From: Ranitomeya imitator | Taxonomy: Eukaryota | Length of the DNA: 64,000 nt | Assembly: GCF_032444005.1 (NCBI RefSeq) | Contig: NC_091285.1 | Span: 517,576,001-517,640,000, forward strand | Direction of reading: 5' to 3' | Shown: positions 13,182-24,900 of the stretch, one piece after another | Layout of the letters: each line of letters begins with the position of its first letter | Numbering within the stretch: position 1 is the first letter of the stretch | Program-made: the position numbers and the translations under genes | The notes under the pieces: model-generated | Database searches by the model: none | What the model saw: the letters and a program-made list of their open reading frames with translations, nothing else | What the model was told of the DNA's origin: nothing

Positions 13182-13590
13182 AGGGATCCTGTCACCCCCC
13201 CAGGAGTTTGTAACTAAAAGAGCCACCTTGTGCAGCACTAATGCTGCATTCTGACAAGGTGGCTCTTTTATTCTTGGCGATGTAACTGCAGAAATAATCG
13301 ATTTTGCAATTTTGTCCAAAATACCTTGAAATACGTAGTCCTGGGGCAGATCTTTCCCCCCCTAATGCAGACGCAGCACCGCCATTACTCATGCCCTCTT
13401 GACACCTGGCGCCGCCTCCTCAGTGTTCTTTTGAACTGTCCCGGCGCATGCACTGTTATCTAATGCCTAGGGCATGCGCAGTTAGCGCTGCCCGTCTTCT
13501 GACATTATATGCTGTCTTGCTGACTGCGCCTGTGCAGCCGCGCTGCCCGAGATCCCGCCCCGCAGTGTCTTCTGATTTATTCACATCTTG
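13182..13590. mobile_element. T2/Kolobok-type MITE, left part
   Basis: TTAA|AGGGATCCTGTCA terminus and internal palindromic segment AAAAGAGCCACCTTGT..ACAAGGTGGCTCTTTT. Right end not resolved. Confidence 0.5.
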
Positions 13591-13998
13591 GATCTTGGAC
13601 AAAGAGCGTGACAGCCTCATAGAAATATATGAAGCTATCAGGGTTGGGAGATGCATGGCTAAACCGTGGATTGCAATCCGAGATCGAACCAATGATCATG
13701 GACATCTGAAGAAGCCCTAAGCTATGCAAGAATTCTCTTGGCACTGCTAAGCATGGACACTTCTTGATTGTTTATGTTCATACAGAATCTCCAACATTTT
13801 TTCAAAGAAGCCCATGAAATTAAAGATAAATAAACTGTGAGAAATGTTTATTTTTTGTCACTATTCACATGCCCTTTAAGAGATTTTAAAACTAATGCAC
13901 TATGTCCATACTGTTCAAATCTTTTGCTTGCTGCCTCTATTGTTCTTTAAAGATCGAAATTCTACTACTAGTTCACAACATGCTGTCTATTACTATAG

Positions 13999-14027
13999 GT
14001 CTTTGCACAGAACCTGATAATCCTGAG
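13999..14027 (+). CDS. Candidate 29-nt micro-exon (GLCTEPDNPE)
   Basis: ctattactatAG acceptor and GAG|gtattt donor. Phase 1-0 would link the candidate exons at 10787 and 19374 in frame. Confidence 0.22.
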
Positions 14028-14544
14028 GTATTTCTGCCGTGGAATAATTACCTGTGGAACAAAGACTATGCGAAGATACCTGTACCCAGGATGCATGGCT
14101 TAGCACGATCCTCATTAAAATGTTATGGTCTGTGCACTCATTTTCCACAGGCAATGCACTGCACGAATGCTGCAAGTCTAAAAATGTATACATAGATCCA
14201 TTGTGGCCATAAATGTATTTGTTTTTCCTCATAAAGCACTGTGCACAAAAATATTCATGAGAATTTTCAAAATGCGATACCAGTTTTTTTTTGTACTGAT
14301 ATCAAAAGTTTACATTTTATTAATAAAATATTCTGTTTTATCAGAATGCCAACTTTGTAACAAATGTTCTTATCATCCCCCACAGAAACATCCAATTTAC
14401 TAATGACATTGGCAGATGTCCAAAAATGTACTAAATATGGTATATTCAGTGTTTTACATGGCTCCTTGAGGAATCTGTACATCTAGGGACCCGTCATAAC
14501 ATTTTACACTATTAAACTATGGCTAGTAGTTATATAACATTAAG

Positions 14545-14879
14545 GCTGGTGTCACACTAGAATGTTTTAGTACGCATTGCACACGGACCAATGATTCTCT
14601 ATGGGGCAGCTCCTATCTGCCGTATATTTCCCAGCTGTATTTTACGTGCGTAGAAAATCGCAGCACGCTGCGTTTGTCAGCGTATTGCGCAAAAAATCTG
14701 CCAATGAAAGTCTATGAGGGTGAGAAAAATACGAATTGCACACGGACCATCAGTGTGACTTGCGAGAAATACGCACCGGTGTTCTATAGAAAAGCCGGCA
14801 ATTCAGAGCGGTGTACAGTAACATCACACTGACAGGTTAGAATAGAATAGATCAAATGAATGTCTACACATAGTATAGG

Positions 14880-14912
<33 letters not shown>

Positions 14913-15755
14913 TTAATACAGCGCTAGATAGCAGAAAAGCCAGTAATTCAATTGCCGGCTTTTGCTATCTCCTTATCAAACTCGACAGGATATGAGACAT
15001 GGTTTACATACAGTAAACATTTCATATCCCTTTTTTTTGCATATTCCTCACTAATAATGTTAGTAGTGTGCGTGTGCAAAATTTGGGGGCTCTAGCTGTT
15101 AAAATAAAGGGTTAAGTCACTGAAAAAATTGGCGTGGGCTCCCGTGCATTTTTCTCCCCCAGAGTGGGAAAGCCAGTGACTGAGGGCAGATATTAATAGC
15201 CTAGAGAGGGACCATGGTTATTGCCCCCCTCGGCTAAAAACGTCTGCCCCCAGCCACCCCAGAAAAGGCACATCTGTAAGATGTGTCTATTCTGGCACTT
15301 AGTCTCTCTCTTCCCACTCCCTTGTAGCGGTGGGATATGGGGTAATAAAGGGTTAATGCCACCTTGCTAATGTAAGGTGACATTAAGCCTGGTTAATAAG
15401 ACACCTATCACCTATCAATCACCTATCACATGTCAATAAGACACCTATCCACTATTAATCCAATAGTAGTAAATGGTTAATAAAACAGACACACATTAGG
15501 AAAAAATTCTTTTAATGAAATAAAGACACAGGGTGTTATAATAGCTTATTATGCTCTAAATCCAAATGATGACCCTCATTCTGTAAAAAAAGAAAAAAGA
15601 AAAAAACACCAATATCCCATACCTTTCCGCCGTTACAGTCATGTCCCACGCTGTAAATCCATCTGAAGGGGTTAAATAATCTTACAAGCAGGAGCCTGCT
15701 AATGCAGCCGCCCCTGCCTGTAAAAACTGGGGAATGAATAGGAAAGTAAAACAAA
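14545..15755. mobile_element. Truncated Harbinger-type non-autonomous element with (TA)n
   Basis: TAA|GGCTGGTGTCACAC terminus, internal repeated CACACGGACC motifs, (TA)n at ~14878-14912. Right TIR not found. Confidence 0.5.
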
Positions 15756-16019
15756 AGAAAAAGAGGCTAAGCCTCTGCCAGCTCACCGATACCACAGGTG
15801 CGCGGAACTCGTCCTGACCCGACATTCAGTTGATATAATATATGGAATGAAGTGGTAGTTCCAGCTCCTTAAAATTCAAAGTCTTTATTTTCCAAGTTAA
15901 AACTTCATAATCATCAAAGAATCCTTGTACATCATGGATGCATAGGCAGCGAAAAAGAAAGGCATAAGCAATGCGTTTCGATCAACTAAGATCTTTATCA
16001 CAGCTACAGCTGCCTATTT

Positions 16020-17030
16020 TTACAATAGGGACCGACAGGTCTTTCCACTACACCCATTCCAGCAGCTGCACATCCAACCAGGAGTGTTCACATTTCCAAA
16101 AATTATTGGTAGATACAGCAAAAGTGGCACCAATTTCACCACAATATATATAGTATAATAGGGACCGACAGGTCTTACACTACATCCAATTTAGCAGATG
16201 GACACCCAACCAAAAGTGTTCACATTTAAACAAATGAGGGCCTTACACCACAGAAGTGGCATCATTTTCACCACAGTAGAAATAGTATAATAGGGACCTA
16301 CAGGTTTTCCAACCAGGAGTGTTAACATTTCACAAATATTATTGGCAGACAATACCAAAGTGGCATCAATTTCACCACAGTAGAAATAATACAATAGGGA
16401 CCGACTGGTCTTCTACTACACCCAACCCAGCAGATGGACACCCAACCAGGAGTGTTCACATTTCTAAAAAATGAGGGCCTGACACCACCGAAGTAATAAC
16501 TGTCACGAGAATCGAAATAGTATAATTGAGACTGGCATGTCTTCTACTACAGCAAATCCAGCAGATGTAGACCAACCATGACTGTTCACTTTTCCACAAA
16601 TTTGTGTTAACATCAGCAGCAGTAGCCACAGCAGGCACAGAAGCCACACTAAAGATATCACAGAGTGCAGTTATGTGTAATTAATGCATCACACTAAAAA
16701 ATGCAATATCACCTACTCTGTACAGTCTTCGATTGGGATGCAAAAGTCCTTGGCGATCAATAACTTGTTCATATTGATGAAAGTTAGGCGGTCTACTGTT
16801 TCAGGGGACAGGCAGCTGCATATATCCGTCAGTACACCACCAGCAGCACTGAAGACACATTCTGAGAGAACGTTGGCTGCCAGGCACGATAAGGCATGTG
16901 AGGCGAGCTCAGACCATTCATCCACTTTGGAAGACCAAAATGTGAAAGATTCCAAACCCTCCCTGAAGGTATGGATATTCAGTTCTAGATACTCCTGCAC
17001 CATCCTCTCCATTGGTTCACCACGTGTAAG
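16020..17030 (-). pseudogene. Degraded hAT transposase C-terminus plus downstream ~130-bp tandem repeats
   Basis: ORF 16713-17012 FWSSKVDEWSELASHAL...AANVLSECVFSAAGGVLTD...LTFINMN aligns by eye with the hAT dimerisation domain at the end of 40825-44388. AATAGGGACCGACAGGTCT-like units recur at ~16025, 16158, 16289, 16394. Confidence 0.8.
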
Positions 17031-17699
17031 GCTTGGACTCTGTTGTGCTGGTTCACGTGCTGGTCCAAAAAAGTGTCAAAGGACTCACAGAAATTGCTTC
17101 TTATACTTACACAGCTACTGCTGCTAATGTTTTGTGTTTTGGCATTGACAAATTGATGTGCTGGAGGTTGGAAGTCTTGACTTTTGGATATGGGATTGAC
17201 CCCACTCCTTCTTAAAACCACCATAACTACTGTAAACCTAGGTACTAAAATAAATACACAAAACACATTATTTTGGTTGTCAAAATGGCCACAGCTTTTA
17301 TTCAAATCACAGGATTAAATAATCACATTACGAGTCAGGTGGAGTGCTAGTACATTGGGATTCACAAGTACTGCGATATCCCCAGCTGTCTGACATACAG
17401 CACCAGGACAGACAGCCATAAAGGAGTGGCACGCACTGGCTTGCCATTCAAGCAGAGCGAGTAAACTTTCAGGACACCAATGACCCTATTATCCTCACTC
17501 CTGTGCTTAACCACTGTGCCCGCCCCTGATTGATGCTACCATTACAACGTCCTTGAGGCTGGCCACCAAAGCCAAGCCTGCTCACCACCATGAGGTTTTA
17601 CATCCTCTATTAGTTAAAATAAGTCCACCTTAACTTGTCTGCAACTTCCACCTGACTCCTAAACCGCAAAGCCGTGACGGGTTATAAATTCCAAGTCTC

Positions 17700-18310
17700 A
17701 TTTGACACTTTTCTTTTTCTTTTTTTTTTAAATAATTAAATCATTTTTACAAACTTAAAAACTAGAAGTCCCTGAAAAAGCATTAATGGGACTAAGCTTG
17801 GCAAACCTCCGACTCACAAAGAGTCATCCTACAGCGCTCAGGAGAGGAAAAACCCCCCTGTGGAGGAAACCTCCAAGGAACCATGGCTTAAGGATTGCCC
17901 TTCCCTTGGGCTTAGAAGGTTACCGCAAATAATAACTCTTTATAGCCAATATACAATTAAACCTGGTACAATATATACAATGACAATTTCAAAAATACAA
18001 TAAAGCATCTATCATTATACAAGCAATGATTAAAAAGTTTTAGGAAAGAGATTATAAACAGGGCGGGAGGGCGGGTAATGTTTCCTCCTGTCCATCCTGT
18101 GAGAGAAAGAGGGAGAGCCAGAGTTGCCTCCCCTATATAATCCCCACCCTCTTCACAGTAATACAACAGGCACAAACATCTAAACTCCTTCCTCTTAAAG
18201 CAACAACACTCTTGTTTAAAATCTACACCGCAAAACAAACAAAAGCTGCAGGAGTTCTCGGTCCACCCATCCCCAAGTCATGTCCACCTCTGTCTAGTCT
18301 CCGGTGGGTT
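17700..18310 (-). mobile_element. Probable LINE 3-prime end fragment
   Basis: T-rich tail on the + strand near 17705-17730 and a conserved-looking tail motif (GGAAAAACCCCCCTGTGGAGGAAACCTCCAAGGAACCATGG). Family assignment is from memory only. Confidence 0.3.
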
Positions 18311-18322
18311 CTGGACTATTGC

Positions 18323-18617
18323 TCAGTGGTACAAGGTGTTGTTTTCAGATGAAAGTAAATTTTGCATTTTATTTGGAAATCAAGGTCCCAGAGTCTGGAG
18401 GAAAAGTTGAGAGGCACACAATCCAAGCTGCCTGAGTTCTAGTGTGAAGTTTCCACAATCAGTGATGGTTTGGGGAGCCATGTCATCTGCTGGTGTCGGG
18501 TCACTGTGTTTTATCAAGACCAAAGTCAGCGTAGCTGACTACCAGGACATTTTAGTTCACTTCATATTTTACAAGCTTTTTGGAGTTGGAAATTTAATTC
18601 TCCAGCAGGTCTTGGCA
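18323..18617 (+). pseudogene. Tc1 transposase fragment
   Basis: Translates to VLFSDESKFCI...GPRVWRK and VKFPQSVMVWGAMSSAGVGSLCFI. Cut off at 18618 by a hAT-MITE-like end (TAGCGATGAGTGAATATAC). Confidence 0.85.
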
Positions 18618-19373
18618 CTAGCGATGAGTGAATATACTTGTTGCTCGAGTTTTCAAGAGCATGCTCGGATGTTCTTCGAGTTATTTGGCGTGCTCGGAGC
18701 TTTAGTTTCTGTCGGCGCAGATGCATGATTTGCAGCCTGAATGCCTTAGCACATATGCACACGATGAGTATTTAGTGAGTTTTTTTATCTAAGTATTTGT
18801 AATCCAATACCAGGAGTGGGTAAAAAAATCAGAAGTGGTGACATGTTTCTATTATACTTTTCCTCTGATTGTTCCACTACTGGCTTTGGCTTACAAAAAG
18901 TGACGTAAAGTACTGACCAAAAACTCAATGTGTGTACGTGGCCTCAGGGTACTCTCAGTAGTTCCCAAACCAGTCCTCTTCATTGCCGTATCCATTGCAA
19001 CTTCAAACCTCAGGAACTCCCACTGCTCTATTTCCAACAAGTACTCTTTGTAGCTCAGATGTCACACAGTACCAATAAAGAGGTTACACAGCACTTTCAG
19101 TAATACAGAGTGATTTGCCTGGCTCACCATATTTATAAGGGCTGTAATTAGGCATTTCACAGAAGATGGATGGTTTACTAAAGAACCAGCATTTATATAA
19201 TTTTCTGCAAATTGCAAAAAAAGAAATCATCCAATAATGAAGGAACTGGTCAAAATGTTCATTTTATTAGCATTCCGTAGTTCATACATCTTTTGTAACA
19301 GAGTGTAGTGGTAGTGGTGCACCCACAGTTCTACGCAAATCACCCCCTCCTAACTAGTGCTGTAATTTATTAG

Positions 19374-19501
19374 AAGAAAAATGAGTATGCCTTCAACTTT
19401 CAATTTAAATCCATTCATTATAATGTGGAAAATGCCATGTGTAAAGGGTGCCTGTCTGCATTTATGACCCGGATAACGTCAATATGGTCACTGAAAAATA
19501 G
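19374..19501 (+). CDS. Candidate internal exon of unidentified host gene (KKNEYAFNFQFKSIHYNVENAMCKGCLSAFMTRITSIWSLKNR)
   Basis: tgtaatttattAG acceptor (NAGNAG alternative at 19377), consensus AG|gtaagt donor, 128 nt open in phase 0-2, non-repetitive context. Protein not recognised. Confidence 0.45.
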
Positions 19502-20016
19502 GTAAGTCAGACTATGCATATCATCTGGGTTTTCATTATGAAGATTGACTCACCAAGCATATCACTGTCAGATGAATTTTCATTCTCCAAATGACAAGAA
19601 GATAATTAGGGTAGGGTTAGTTTTGGGAAGAAATGTCATGTATTACAGTGAACATGTGGAGAAGAAAAAAGTCTTCAGAGGGAAAGTGTGCCCAAGGTTC
19701 ATGTTTAATGAGAAATTTTGACATCTACAAAGACTGTTCTTTCTATACTGAGAAATATGCCTGTGATCAAGGGGGAGGTCAATGATGGATGGTAAAAACA
19801 TCGTAAAACATCTATAATTGCTAATTTGAAAAATCTCCTCTGTTATGTGTGTTAATAGATTGCTTAATATGTGATTCCACCTGATTGCTTTTTTACCAAA
19901 CATAAGGATATGAAATGTGAAAATGCAAAAAATATAATGTCTGAGAGAGGCATATGAACATATGATATTGGTAGGATAATCTTGATTTCGAAATAGGGTA
20001 AACAGTTTATCATGAC

Positions 20017-21249
20017 ACTTGATGGTGGCCTGATTTTAGCGCATCGGGTATTCTATGCATGTCTACGTAGTATATTGCCCAGCCCACATAGTATATTGCC
20101 CAGCCACGTAGTATATTGCCCAACCACGTAGTATATTGCCCAGCCACGTATATTGCCCAGCCACGTAGTATATTGCCTAGTCACGTAGTATATTGCCCAG
20201 CTACATAGTATATTGCTCAGCCACGTAGTATATTGCCCAGTCACGTAGTATATTGCCCAGCTACGTAGTATATTGCACAGCGACATAATATGCAGCACAG
20301 AGCCACATAGTATACAGCACAGACACGTAGTATATTGCCCAGCCACGTAGTATATTGCCCAGCCACATAGTATATTGCCCAGTCATGTAGTATATTGCCC
20401 AGCTACGTAGTCAGCTACGTAGTCACGTAGTATACAGCATAGAGCCACGTAGTATGTTGCCCAGTCATGTAGTATATTGCCCAGCGATGTAGTATATTGC
20501 ACAGCGACGTAATATACAGCATAGACACGTAGTATACAGCACAGCCATGTAGTATACTGCCCAGTCCCGTAGTATATTGGCCAGTCACGTAGTATATTGC
20601 CCAGACACGTATGTAACAGGTTAAAAAAGAGTTAAAATAAAAAATAAACATATACTCACCTTCCGAGGGAGCCCTTTTAGTCCTGTCACCTGTGTGCAGT
20701 GCAGGCGGCAGCTTCCGGTCCCAGGGTTGGATGAGCGCAGGACCTGTGATGACGTCGCGGTCACATGACCGTGACATTATGGGAGGTCCTTCTCGCATAC
20801 CATCCTTGGCCCCGGAACCTGCCGCTTGCACTGCCGAGGAGAGGATGCAATGACGGAGGGTGAGAATAGCAGGATTTTAGTTTTTTAATTATTTTTAATA
20901 TTAAATTTTTTTTACTATTGATGCCGCTTAGGCAGCATCAATAGTAAAAAGTTGGGGACACACAGGGTTAATAGCAGCGGTTACGAAGTGCGTTACCCGC
21001 CGGCATTAACCCTGTGTAAGCGGTGACCGGAGGGGAGTATGCGGGCGCCGGGCACTGACTGCGGGGAGTAAGGAGCGGCCATTTTCTTCCGGACTGTGCC
21101 CGTCGCTGATTGGTCGTGGCTGTTTTGCCGCGAACAATCAGCGACTTGGATTTCCATGACAGACAGAGGCCGCGACCAATGAATATTCGGGACTGACAGA
21201 CAGAAAGACAGATAGACGGAAGCGACCCTTAGACAATTATATAGTAGAT
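20017..21249. mobile_element. Non-autonomous Helitron/Helentron-like element with internal 20-bp minisatellite
   Basis: Starts ACTTGATGGTGGCC, ends TTAGACAATTATATAGTAGAT, no TSD. CAGCCACGTAGTATATTGCC tandem at ~20065-20610. Family call is inference. Confidence 0.5.
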
Positions 21250-21499
21250 TTAGTAACATACAGAATGATATTCTGAGTTGTCAATATATGGTACATCATA
21301 GATAGTGGCGTAACTTGAAGCTGATGGGCCCAAATGCAGAATCTCCAATTATTGCAAATATTTAATAGCTTTGTTCTTGTCATATAGGAAGCATGGCCAG
21401 AGTCGCACACAATACATGGAACCTTCAGGATTTGTAGAGTGTTTGTGTGGAAGAATGGGCCAAAATCACACCTAAGCAATGCATGCAACTAGTTTATCC

Positions 21500-21700
21500 A
21501 TACAGGAGGCATCTTGAAGCTGTCATCAGCAACAACAGATTTGTACAAAGTATTAAATAAATTTCAGTAAGAGTCTTCAATTCTTTTTTCCTGTGTCATT
21601 TCTCATTATTACACATAACCGAATTTACGGACATTTATGGTTTGATTTTCACTGCCTGTGTGCATTGAATGGGTTGTTATTGACATCTGGTGAGAATTTC
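21500..21700 (+). mobile_element. Tc1 3-prime fragment
   Basis: Degenerate RRLEAVI...FCTKY-like transposase end followed by TIR-type sequence. Confidence 0.5.
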
Positions 21701-22241
21701 AGTATGTAACACAGGCCACGCAGCATAAACTTAGATGCAGAGAACTTCTTAATAATATTCCCTCCATTAAAAACTCTGTGGGCCAAGTCTCGGCCCATCC
21801 AGATACCATCTACAATACGTTTCAAGAGTACTATCAGAAATTATACTCTGCCCCACAGCCTCCCCCCCCACAACTTTTACATTCTTTCCTAAAGGAATTG
21901 GCACTTCCAAAAATTCCCAACTCCGCTATTGAACAGCTCCAGTCGACTATCTCTGCAGACGAAATAACTGCAATAAGTAAGAACCTCAAAAAAAATAAGA
22001 CTCCTGGACCTGACGGCCTCATGGCTCTATATTATAAGAAATTTAACGATATACTCTTACCCCATATTAAAAACTTTTGTAATGCCCTACTTGATGGCTC
22101 TCAAATGCCCCCTGAGTTCTATATTGCCCATGTGACAGTGATTCCAAAACCAAAAAAAGACCACTTGTATCCCAAAAATTATAGACCCATATCCTTGCTA
22201 AATGTTGACCTAAAATGTTTTACGTCTATTATCACGGCCAG

Positions 22242-23313
22242 TGTGTAATATGCATATCTGTGTTACATGCCTTGTTCTAACTGTATGTCTCCCTTGCAGA
22301 ACCGCCGCTTCTGACTTTCTGCCACCTAGGATCCACTATACCATGCACGGTCCCTCCTTTCACCACTTGGACCAGATCCACTTCTGACACAACCCCTCTG
22401 AGCCACCGTACCCCTGTGGGACGCATGATGTGGTCACTGGAATGCACTCTGTGCGCACGCCCAGCTTTTGTCCTCTCTCTATGTGTAGGCACACATATCT
22501 AGCCTCGGACTTTAGCCACGCCCACTTCCTGTTATAGTCACCGCGCGCCGCACATCCAGGCAGACAAGCGGTGGACTCCGCGTCGCCAGAACATATCTGT
22601 ACCTTAGATCCTCTCAGGTCTGTTATCCTTCCTCTTTTTGTTCTCACCACCATTATATTTAGTTCTATTACCCATCATGCGCTCCTTATACAGGCCACCC
22701 ACGTTATTCCAGACCCTGTCTCAGTCGGATATTGTGAGCCTGCATTTATCTACTTCCTGGTAGGACTATGGAACTTCATCACTATTCCTATATGGGGCTT
22801 TATTTATCCCACTGCCATACATTAACTGGGACTATTTTTTCACTACTCCTATAGAACTTACAGCACTGGCAGAATTTCACTGCCTCACCATTCACCGCTC
22901 CAGTAGGCAGCACGGTATGTTCCTCTGTCCCCCCCTTGTACCATTCTTTGTTTTTTCTAATGTGGCACTTAGTAGTGCTGTGCGAGTCTTATCATAATGA
23001 GGCACCATATCTTGGTTCCCTGCTAGATGGTGACCATTGTTGTGTCTTGTGCATATTCTATTGTGTCGTGGCCTTTGAACTCCTTGCTATAGTACAATAT
23101 ATACTTTTCAACATGACCGTACCATTTTGTTTGTGTACATACTTTGTTTTCTTTTTCTTTTGTTTAACATTGAGTGATGTTAACTCATATTGTTTTCTCT
23201 GTTATCTTGTACATAGTTACTGAGGAAGGCCAACATAGGCCGAAACATTTATTTTCTCTCTTGCTAATATATCCCAAGAGATTCACTATAAGTTGAGTGC
23301 CGGGTTTATTTTA
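22242..23313 (+). mobile_element. 1,072-bp non-coding retro-type insertion with hammerhead-like core
   Basis: 15-bp TSD TATTATCACGGCCAG at 22227-22241 and 23314-23328. CTGAGGA-A-GGCC-AACATA-GGCC-GAAAC at 23220-23246. AT-rich 3-prime tail. Confidence 0.8.
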
Positions 23314-24900
23314 TATTATCACGGCCAGGCTTAACAAATTCTTGCCTACACTCATCCATCGCGAACAGGTTGGAATCATTCCCAAAAGACAAGGACCTGA
23401 TAATATCAGCCGAAACCTAAATGTTATACATTCAGCAAATTATCATAAACAATCTCTACTACTATTGGCCTTAGACATAGGAAAGGCTTTCGACTCAGTC
23501 TCATGGTCTTATCTATTCGAAGTCCTATCCAAATTTGGTATTCCCCATAGCCTTGTTTCGTGTCCCCAACTACTATATGATAGACCCATTGCCTATTTGA
23601 AGCTCCCGTCCACTCGACCCACTCCAATCATTATAGAACGAGGAACAAGGCAGGGCTGCCCACTTTCACCAGCTCTATTTGCGATAGCTATGGAGCCGCT
23701 TGCTGAGGCCATACGAATTAACCCTAACATACTTCGGCCCACTGGATTGGGTGAGCAATTTAAAACCAGCCTCTTTGCCGATGACTTATTTTAACACTAA
23801 CCAGTCCACTTACTACTCTCCCAAATTTGTTCTCAGTTCTCCGTGAATGTGAATTAATCTCTGGTCTCAAGATCAACGTAGACAAGTCTGAAGTCCTATT
23901 CATTAACACCCCAAAAGAAACACAAACTAATATAGTCTCCCAGTTTAAATTTACTAATAAAGAGCACTTCTTGACTTATCTCGGAGTTAATCTCACCTCC
24001 CATAGATCGACCCTTTTTAAATGGAATTACCTCCCATTGATAAAGAATCTTCAGGCTGACCTGGCCAGATGGTCTTCCATGACGATATTCTGGTTGGGCA
24101 GACTGTTATGATGCGGTGGTCTAGGAGCAACATGGAATGAGCTCAGAAGGAAGTGGTAACTGTACTGATGTACTGACCGCAGTCCCTAAGCTCAACACAA
24201 CACTAGAAGTAGCCGTGGAATGCTCCTAACTCTCCATAGGCATCTCGTCACAGCCTAAGAGCTAAGTACCCCTAAAGATAGAAGCAGGAAAGCTATCTTG
24301 CCTCAGAGAAAATCCCCAAAGGATAGATTAGCCCCCCACAAATAATGACTGTGAGTGGAGAGGGAAAAGACATACACAGAATGAAACCAGGATGAGCACA
24401 GGAGGCCAGTCTAGCTAAATAGATAGGACAGGATGGAATACTGTGCGGTCAGTATAAAACATTACAAAAAATCCACGCAGAGTGTACAAAAATCTCCACA
24501 CCTGACTAAAAGTGTGGAGGGTAAATCTGCTTCCCAGAGCTTCCAGCAAGACAGAATTAATTCATACTGATAAGCTGGACAAACAAAGAAAGCACAGAAT
24601 GGATAAGTCCACAATCTATGGACAGAAAAGAGCAAGCAAAAACTTAGCTTTGCTGAACTGGTCAGGATAACAGGGAAATCCAAAGAGATGTGAATCCAAC
24701 CAGGATCCATTTACAAGTGGCACTGGCTGAAGGAAAGAGCCAGGCCTAAATAGCAGAGCAGAAGAGATGATAAGTGGAGGCAGCTGATGACAGCTAACTC
24801 CAAGGAGTAGCCATACCACTTGAAACCACAAAAGGGAGCCCAAGAGCAGAACTCACAAAAGTGCCACTTACAACCACCGGAGGGAGCCAAAGAGCAGAAT

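Noticed and set aside
19661-19795. Possible exon after tattacAG (EHVEKKKVFRGKVCPRF or Cys-rich alternative frame)
   Set aside because: The phase-compatible frame hits a stop and no strong donor precedes it.
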